Positions 57,952 through 64,000 of a DNA stretch of 64,000 nt are shown here, piece after piece. Below the pieces are notes generated by a model. The model searched no databases and had not been told where the DNA came from. It saw nothing but the letters and a program-made list of their open reading frames with translations. The DNA is from Flavobacteriales bacterium (GTDB lineage: Bacteria; Bacteroidota; Bacteroidia; M30B66): assembly GCA_040403315.1 (NCBI GenBank), contig JBBAKX010000004.1, positions 159,658 through 223,657 of the forward strand. Direction: 5' to 3'. Position 1 is the first letter of the stretch. Every line of letters starts with the position of its first letter. Position numbers and translations under genes: made by a program.

Positions 57952-59079
57952 TCATCTAAACACAGCACTTGGCTCTACACTCCTAATTCGGACCAAAGCG
58001 AATGAAGCACCACTTAAAGAAATTAAACCAATAATGCTAAACATAATCAGCAAAACAAAAGGAGAAAATGAAAATATTAAACCCGACTTTTGCACACCAA
58101 ATCTGAACCCTTCAAGAAGAAGCATACCAGCTATAAATCCAACTATGGTAAATAACATAGCTTGTGTGAGTATGAGCTTACTGATATACTTATTGCTCGC
58201 ACCAATAGCTTTTAATGTTCCATAATCCTTCAAACGATCTAGTGCAGAAGAATACATTGTTAAACCAATAATAAAAAAGCCTGCGATTAATGCAAAAACA
58301 ATGAGTGTTCCGGTGCTCAATGCTATACCACTACTTGCAAGTATCTTCTTGACTGAAGATGATGCTAATTCTTTTGACTGCCATGCGCGAACACCAACAA
58401 CATTCTTATTTATTCGTGAAATAATTAGATCGATGTTCTCTATGTTTTTAACATTTACCAATACTGCACTAATTGAATTGATCGATTGATTTGAAAAATA
58501 TCGAGCTCTTTCAATAGTGGTTACACTAAAACTACTGCCAAAGCCTCTAAATCCTTTTGTTTTCAATGCAAAAAATGCACGTTTCCCATTAATTTCAAGA
58601 TTGGTACCTTGATCGATATTTCCACCTAAATTCTTCTTTTCATAAAATTCCGCACTCACAGCACCATCAAGATGTAAATCTGAAAATTTGCCATCAATAA
58701 CTTTATCATTTTTCAATAAAGCGGCAACATGATTATCATCTACACCTAATAAAGTAATTGCTCCACTTGTACCATTTTCAAAATTACAGGATGCGCCGGC
58801 TATAAACAATGGGAATGCTTCTTTTACACCTTCAATTCCTTGCACTGCACGAAGATTCCTAATATCAAGTTTTCCCAATTGATTAACATCATTGATCTTA
58901 CTGTCCACAACCCAGATATCGGCATTTACATCAGTAGCCAAAGCTCCCATAAGGCCTGAAAGAAAAAAGAAAATACCTAATTGCTGTCTAATTAAAAAAG
59001 TACTAATTAGTATTCCAACAATCACGCCTATACTTTTGGCCTTATCGAACTTAATAAATTTCCAAGCAACCTTTAACAT
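57952..59079 (-). CDS. FtsX/MacB-type ABC transporter permease (DevC-like)
   Basis: N-terminal TM (MLKVAWKF...), large periplasmic domain, then three C-terminal TM helices. Start chosen at MLKVAWK; the track ORF extends to 59124 and overlaps the adaptor gene. Confidence 0.75.
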   Translation of the reverse strand: MLKVAWKFIKFDKAKSIGVIVGILISTFLIRQQLGIFFFLSGLMGALATDVNADIWVVDSKINDVNQLGKLDIRNLRAVQGIEGVKEAFPLFIAGASCNFENGTSGAITLLGVDDNHVAALLKNDKVIDGKFSDLHLDGAVSAEFYEKKNLGGNIDQGTNLEINGKRAFFALKTKGFRGFGSSFSVTTIERARYFSNQSINSISAVLVNVKNIENIDLIISRINKNVVGVRAWQSKELASSSVKKILASSGIALSTGTLIVFALIAGFFIIGLTMYSSALDRLKDYGTLKAIGASNKYISKLILTQAMLFTIVGFIAGMLLLEGFRFGVQKSGLIFSFSPFVLLIMFSIIGLISLSGASFALVRIRSVEPSAVFR

Positions 59080-59083
59080 AATG

Positions 59084-60037
59084 CTATTTAATAATATTAC
59101 TTGATGGATCAATAACACATTCAATTCTAGAATTCAACAGTAATTTGCCAGGACTGTCAAGCTTCATTTTAATTTTAAGAACTCGCCGATCTTCTTTTTC
59201 GCCAGATTGCTCTATGAATAATGATTTCTTACTGAGGTATGAAGATATAAAAACAATTTTCCCGCTTGATAATGTGCCAGAAAAACCAACATTACGAATC
59301 CAACCAAACTGTCCAACTTTAATTTTTGTAGCATTTAATTCATCAATTTCGCAAATAGCGATTGTTTTTCCTTCTGGTTCGATCTGCGCAAATGATTGTT
59401 GAATAGATACAATTCCACCTATCAGTGAGGTTATTTCTAGAAGTCTCCCATTAACCGGAGATTTAATTATTTTTTGATCCCGTTCAATTTTGAATGATTG
59501 CAGCGTAGATTCTGACTCATTCAACTTACTTTTATCAAAATTAACAACAGCTATAAATTTATCTAAGCTTGTATTAAGCGATTGAAGATTCGAAGAAGCA
59601 TTATCTACTGTTTGTTGTGTTTCAGAGCCTTTCAATAGTAAATTTTTCAGGCGTTTAAGCTCAACTTTTGCGTACTTAACTTTTACTGTATATTCTTCAA
59701 TACTGGCAAAATCAGCTCTTAATTGTGCTTTCAGCGAATGTATTTCAATCATCGACTTATTTACCTTTTCATCTTCTAAAGCATGATCTAATTCCAAAAC
59801 AACCTCGCCTATAGCTACTGAGTCATTCTCTTTTTTAAGGATTAACTTTACTATGCCATTAACCGAAGATGACAATTGAATAATGTCATTTTCAGGACTA
59901 ATTTTACCAATGCCAACAACAAGATCTTTTGAGTTAGCTTGTTTCGCATTTTCTGCAATTAACGACTCATCTTCTTCAGAATTTTTGCACGAAGCACCAT
60001 ACAAAACGATCAATAGATACAATAAATAATTTTTCAT
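59084..60037 (-). CDS. HlyD/MacA-family periplasmic adaptor (membrane fusion protein)
   Basis: Lipoprotein-like signal (GASCK). Coiled-coil hairpin. Beta-barrel tail. Confidence 0.7.
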   Translation of the reverse strand: MKNYLLYLLIVLYGASCKNSEEDESLIAENAKQANSKDLVVGIGKISPENDIIQLSSSVNGIVKLILKKENDSVAIGEVVLELDHALEDEKVNKSMIEIHSLKAQLRADFASIEEYTVKVKYAKVELKRLKNLLLKGSETQQTVDNASSNLQSLNTSLDKFIAVVNFDKSKLNESESTLQSFKIERDQKIIKSPVNGRLLEITSLIGGIVSIQQSFAQIEPEGKTIAICEIDELNATKIKVGQFGWIRNVGFSGTLSSGKIVFISSYLSKKSLFIEQSGEKEDRRVLKIKMKLDSPGKLLLNSRIECVIDPSSNIIK

Positions 60038-60044
60038 GTCTAAG

Positions 60045-60776
60045 TTAATTTAAGGCTATTTCTTCTTCAACTGGTTTGTCAGAAATTCCACCATCTAAGA
60101 CATAAACTATTCTGTCAGCAAACGGCCGAAGGCGGTTATCGTGGGTAACAACTGCAACTGCCTTTCCTTGTTTGGCTAATTCTTTCAATTCCCTCATAAC
60201 TATTCCTGCGCTATCTAAATCAAGTGAAGCTGTGGGCTCATCACAAAGCATCATTTCAGGATTGGTAACCAAGGCCCTTGCGATGGCAACACGCTGCTTT
60301 TGACCACCACTGAGATTGTTTGATAGATTTTTCATCCTATCGCCCATCCCAACTTTAGTTAAAGCCAGTATAGATCTTTTTTTTGCTTCCTGATCTGAAA
60401 CCCCTTGAAGAATAAGTGGCATCATCACATTCTCCAATGAAGTAAAGGGAGAAATTAGATTAAACTGTTGAAAAATAAACCCAATTTTCAATAAGCGCAA
60501 TTCAGCCAATTTACTTTCTGACAAATCATTAACCTTAACATCATCAATCCAAACTTCACCAAAGCTTGGGTAAACAACGCAGCCGAACAAGGACAGCAAT
60601 GTTGTCTTTCCTGATCCTGAAGGCCCTATAATAAGTAAGAGTTCATTTGCCTTTAATTCAACATTGCTGGCTTTAAGGGCAATTATTTTTGCATCTCCTA
60701 CACTGTAATCTTTTCCAGCGTTTACAACTTTAGCAACAATTTTATTAGAGCTATTCATTTTTGCAATAGTTTCCAT
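60045..60776 (-). CDS. ABC transporter ATP-binding protein (MacB/LolD/DevA-like)
   Basis: Walker A (GPSGSGKTT), ABC signature (LSGGQKQR), Walker B (MLCDEPT). Confidence 0.9.
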   Translation of the reverse strand: METIAKMNSSNKIVAKVVNAGKDYSVGDAKIIALKASNVELKANELLLIIGPSGSGKTTLLSLFGCVVYPSFGEVWIDDVKVNDLSESKLAELRLLKIGFIFQQFNLISPFTSLENVMMPLILQGVSDQEAKKRSILALTKVGMGDRMKNLSNNLSGGQKQRVAIARALVTNPEMMLCDEPTASLDLDSAGIVMRELKELAKQGKAVAVVTHDNRLRPFADRIVYVLDGGISDKPVEEEIALN

Positions 60777-60871
60777 CGATTCAAATTTAACTTCACATTT
60801 ACAAATCGATTTAACAACTCAACCAATTTCTATCTAAATAACTCGTATTTAAAACTGAAAAAAATATTCAC

Positions 60872-61420
60872 TCACCCCTTCAATTCGTTTGCTTCAGAAT
60901 TTGTTTGCCTTTCTCTTAACAGCGCTACATAGAGTATAATGTTAATTCCGACAATAATAAAGAGCAACCCATAACTCACCAAATTAGCTTCTGCATAGCC
61001 CATAACTGTTATGGCTCCGAATCCGATCAATAAACCAAGAATTAATCGAATAATGATAATTTTATAGTCAAGTTTTAAAGCTAAATTGAAAAGCCAAATG
61101 CAAAATATTATTTCTGAAAATGCATAAAATATAAACAGGAATAGAGAAAAAAATTGAAGTTCTTCGAAAGTTTTACAATAAAAAAGAATAAATAAGCCGT
61201 AAACCAACATTGCAAGGGCATGCATTTCATGGTATGCGATTTGAATTTGCTTTCTGCGACGCGAAAATGCAGCTACAAATGCTAGAACGGCAGCAAATGT
61301 TAACGCGCCACCCAATAATAACTTAGATATTTTAAACGAAGTGTACTCTGAAAACAGAAGAAATATCCCTTCAAGTATTATGACAAGACCATAAAAATAT
61401 ATTGGCAAATATTTTTTCAT
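60872..61420 (-). CDS. polytopic membrane protein (6 TM, HdeD/DUF308-like)
   Basis: 182 aa with six hydrophobic helices. It is the first gene upstream of the exporter, in the same orientation. Confidence 0.45.
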   Translation of the reverse strand: MKKYLPIYFYGLVIILEGIFLLFSEYTSFKISKLLLGGALTFAAVLAFVAAFSRRRKQIQIAYHEMHALAMLVYGLFILFYCKTFEELQFFSLFLFIFYAFSEIIFCIWLFNLALKLDYKIIIIRLILGLLIGFGAITVMGYAEANLVSYGLLFIIVGINIILYVALLRERQTNSEANELKG

Positions 61421-61917
61421 ATATAAAATTAGGCTTAAGTATTATTTTTAGTAACAATGAAATCATATTTAATACTATAACATTATTTTGATCTGCAAAA
61501 TTGAATGTTTATCTATCTATAATTTTATATATCTATCCATAAAAATTACATAAATACCACAATAATGAAACTTTAAGTATATGATAAATGATTTTAAAGT
61601 GTATTTTCTTATTCCACTCATCAGTATATAAATGAGAATACAAAACACGGTTTAAAAATCATAATAAATATGTATCTAAACATGAAATAAAATGTTACAT
61701 CATAATACTAATTCATTGCATTATTCACTCATTATTATCTTACAAGACTTGTTAACGGACTTCAAAATTTTTAATTACTTAATTTAAAGATTCCATTGAT
61801 AATAATAGGTTGATTTGATTGATTATTAAATAAATCATCCATCTCAAACATTGTTTTGTTAATGAAAAAATTGAAAACATGGAGATTTTATTCCAGATTC
61901 TCTCAAATTGCAGATCT

Positions 61918-62955
61918 ATGGCCATCAAAATAAATTATACAGTTACCACGCTTCCTTTCGAGTATCCATTCACGATTTCAGGAGGAAGAACAAAATCAGT
62001 ACAAAAAGCTTTGATCATAAAACTCAGTATTGGAGAATTTATTGGGTATGGAGAAGCACCAGCTATTTCATACTATAATATCCCCATCGAAAAAATGATT
62101 GAGGATCTTCAACTCGAACTTCATATTATTGAGGATGCTGAAGCTAGTCACCCTGAAGATTTCTACCAGCTTATTAATCAATTATTTCCTAGTAATTCAT
62201 TCTTGAGATGTGCGCTCGACATGGCGTTTTGGGATGCCTATGGAAAAATGAAAAATCTTCCTTTGTTTGCTATTTGGGGATGCGATTGGAATAACCATCT
62301 CCCACAAACTGATTACACTTTGGGCATCGACTCAATTGAAAATTTAATTCAGAAAATTGAAGACCATCCATGGCCTGTATATAAAATTAAAGTAGGAAAT
62401 GAAAATGACCTAAACAACCTAACCACTTTAAGAAATCATTGTCATAAACCATTTCGCATTGATGCAAATGCGGGCTGGAACCTGGAAGAATCAATCGAGA
62501 AAATAGGGCAATTTGAACAATTGAACATCGAATTGATTGAACAACCTTTACCTGTGAGCGAAATCAATAAAATGCCACAATTAAAAAAAATGAGCAAAAT
62601 CCCGCTTTTCGCAGATGAAAGTTGCGTTCATGAAACCGATGTAGAATTATGCGCGTCTGGATTTCACGGCATTAACATCAAATTAACTAAATGCGGAGGA
62701 ATTACTCCGGCGCTCCGTATGATTGAAAATGCACGAAAATATAATCTCCAAGTGATGATCGGAAGCATGAATGAAAGTTCAATTGGCTCTGCGGCTATTG
62801 CTCATTTTTTACCCTTAATCGATTTTGTTGATATGGATGGACCATTACTTTTAACAGAAGACTTGGCTTCGGGATTAAAAATTGATTATGGGAAAATTTG
62901 CCTTTCAGGAAATGCAGGCCTTGGAATCGAATTAATTCGCGATATCTTCAATTAA
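61918..62955 (+). CDS. enolase-superfamily dipeptide epimerase (L-Ala-D/L-Glu epimerase-like)
   Basis: MR/MLE-family pattern (KIKVG, FRIDANAGW, IEQPL, FADES, KLTKCGGIT). Start chosen at MAIKINYTV. Confidence 0.75.
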   Translation: MAIKINYTVTTLPFEYPFTISGGRTKSVQKALIIKLSIGEFIGYGEAPAISYYNIPIEKMIEDLQLELHIIEDAEASHPEDFYQLINQLFPSNSFLRCALDMAFWDAYGKMKNLPLFAIWGCDWNNHLPQTDYTLGIDSIENLIQKIEDHPWPVYKIKVGNENDLNNLTTLRNHCHKPFRIDANAGWNLEESIEKIGQFEQLNIELIEQPLPVSEINKMPQLKKMSKIPLFADESCVHETDVELCASGFHGINIKLTKCGGITPALRMIENARKYNLQVMIGSMNESSIGSAAIAHFLPLIDFVDMDGPLLLTEDLASGLKIDYGKICLSGNAGLGIELIRDIFN

Positions 62956-62958
62956 ATG

Positions 62959-63249
62959 TTATCGATCGGATGGATCAATACCTTTATTTCTGTCGCGAAT
63001 AAATGTGAAAACTTGAAAATCTACAGGTTTTGTAAGTGTATCAGTGGAGGCTGGATACTTCTCTAACAAAGCACTCGGTCGAATAGGCATATTCACAAAA
63101 CCGCCACCACAATTAGGGCAAACATTTTCCAGCACTGCTGTAACACAATCTTTGCAAAACGTACACTCAAAACTACAAATCATTGCCGATAAATCATTTG
63201 GAGGCAAGTCTTTACCACAATGTTCGCAAAGAGGGCGCAATGCTAACAT
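62959..63249 (-). CDS. Cys-rich DUF1272-like small protein
   Basis: CEHCGK...CSFECTFC..C...CPNCGG cysteine pattern. Confidence 0.5.
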   Translation of the reverse strand: MLALRPLCEHCGKDLPPNDLSAMICSFECTFCKDCVTAVLENVCPNCGGGFVNMPIRPSALLEKYPASTDTLTKPVDFQVFTFIRDRNKGIDPSDR

Positions 63250-63555
63250 TTATGCAATATGAAGTTTCTTAACCAATTCATTGTCTATCGGATCGGCATA
63301 AATACCATAAGCATTTACCAAAACACCCTTCAAATTATGTTTGATCGATGAAATGGCATATACAATCGATTGATCCGCTGGATCAGTGTCGTTTTCAAAA
63401 CGGTAATACTTATCAATTTCAAAATCATCAGGATACAATCGAATCTCATCCATTTTGCAAAACAAACTAGTGGGAAGTAAATTAAAATCTTTTGTGTATC
63501 CTTCTTTCTTTAATCCATTCAGCGCATCTAAAAGCGAATCAAATCCATTTTCCAT
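63250..63555 (-). CDS. hypothetical protein (101 aa)
   Basis: Its stop codon directly abuts the DUF1272 gene start (no intergenic gap). No known motif. Confidence 0.45.
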   Translation of the reverse strand: MENGFDSLLDALNGLKKEGYTKDFNLLPTSLFCKMDEIRLYPDDFEIDKYYRFENDTDPADQSIVYAISSIKHNLKGVLVNAYGIYADPIDNELVKKLHIA

Positions 63556-63729
63556 GATTATATAATTGATTAATATAAACTACTTTAATCTGTTTATCAA
63601 ATGTAGTAAAATAGAAATGAAGCACTTGGAAAATAAATTATATCTGCTAGCTCTACATTAAATAATTTATCGATTTGGTATTCAAACCAACCAATTGTGA
63701 TTTACATTTGATTAAGATTTAATTTGATC

Positions 63730-64000
63730 ATGTTTTCCAACGATAGCCAAAATTCGCATCTACATTTTTTCTCAAATATTATTGGAGATGAGCATGTATT
63801 CGTCGATCAAGAAACTCTACATACGCATGCCTCAGATGAGACTGAAGACCTGAAGTTTTTACCTGATTGTGTTCTAAAACCAGGTACTACTCTAGAAATC
63901 AGCAAAATTCTTCAGTACTGTAATACAAATAAAATTCCTGTAACAACCAGAGGTGGAGGAACGGGCCTTAGTGGTGCTGCACTTCCAATCCATGGTGGTG
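63730..64000 (+). CDS. FAD-linked oxidase (GlcD/D-lactate dehydrogenase-like), N-terminal fragment running off the window
   Basis: FAD_binding_4 N-terminal motif PVTTRGGGTGLSGAA. Confidence 0.7.
   Translation, partial: MFSNDSQNSHLHFFSNIIGDEHVFVDQETLHTHASDETEDLKFLPDCVLKPGTTLEISKILQYCNTNKIPVTTRGGGTGLSGAALPIHGG

Noticed and set aside
1-64000. CRISPR arrays, rRNA/tRNA genes, integrases, transposases and prophage modules
   Set aside because: No regularly spaced repeat-spacer array, no rRNA or tRNA-like segments and no recombinase motifs were seen on either strand. The tandem repeats present are either intragenic protein repeats or a 2.4-copy 21-mer.

Overview
This window is a Bacteroidetes (Flavobacteriia/Cytophagia-like) chromosomal segment, densely coding, with no rRNA, tRNA, CRISPR array, integrase or transposase detected. 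Core genes: rseP, dxr, a TonB-dependent receptor with a DUF4249 partner, gpmI, dipeptidyl-peptidase IV, three paralogous POT peptide transporters, an ABC-F ATPase, two SPFH/band-7 proteins and two sensor histidine kinases with no response regulator in the window. Three giant (1214-1750 aa) T9SS type-B C-terminal-domain surface proteins are present, and two of them flank a Sfp-type phosphopantetheinyl transferase. Two AT-rich, accessory-looking stretches stand out. (1) ~3.0-11.7 kb: a 629-aa two-TM protein of unknown function, a WYL-domain regulator, and a tightly packed five-gene operon (unknown 131-aa protein, DjlA-like membrane J-domain protein, two mini membrane proteins, TPR plus retropepsin-like aspartyl protease). 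This is the best candidate for an undescribed, WYL-regulated system. (2) ~54.8-63.6 kb: PPK2, a nitroreductase, and a DevBCA/MacAB-like ABC exporter with a TolC-like outer-membrane protein, a polytopic membrane protein and a dipeptide epimerase. Also noted: a minus-strand five-gene operon in which a 56-aa Arc-like ribbon-helix-helix gene missing from the ORF track is translationally coupled between a bPH_2 membrane protein and two unknown proteins; a 19-bp palindromic motif found in two separate intergenic regions; tandem DNA repeats and a GC-rich element in the dxr leader; an orphan HisF-like gene; and a bacterial GGGPS (PcrB-family) homolog. All domain assignments rest on motif recognition by eye in the translated ORFs, not on database searches.
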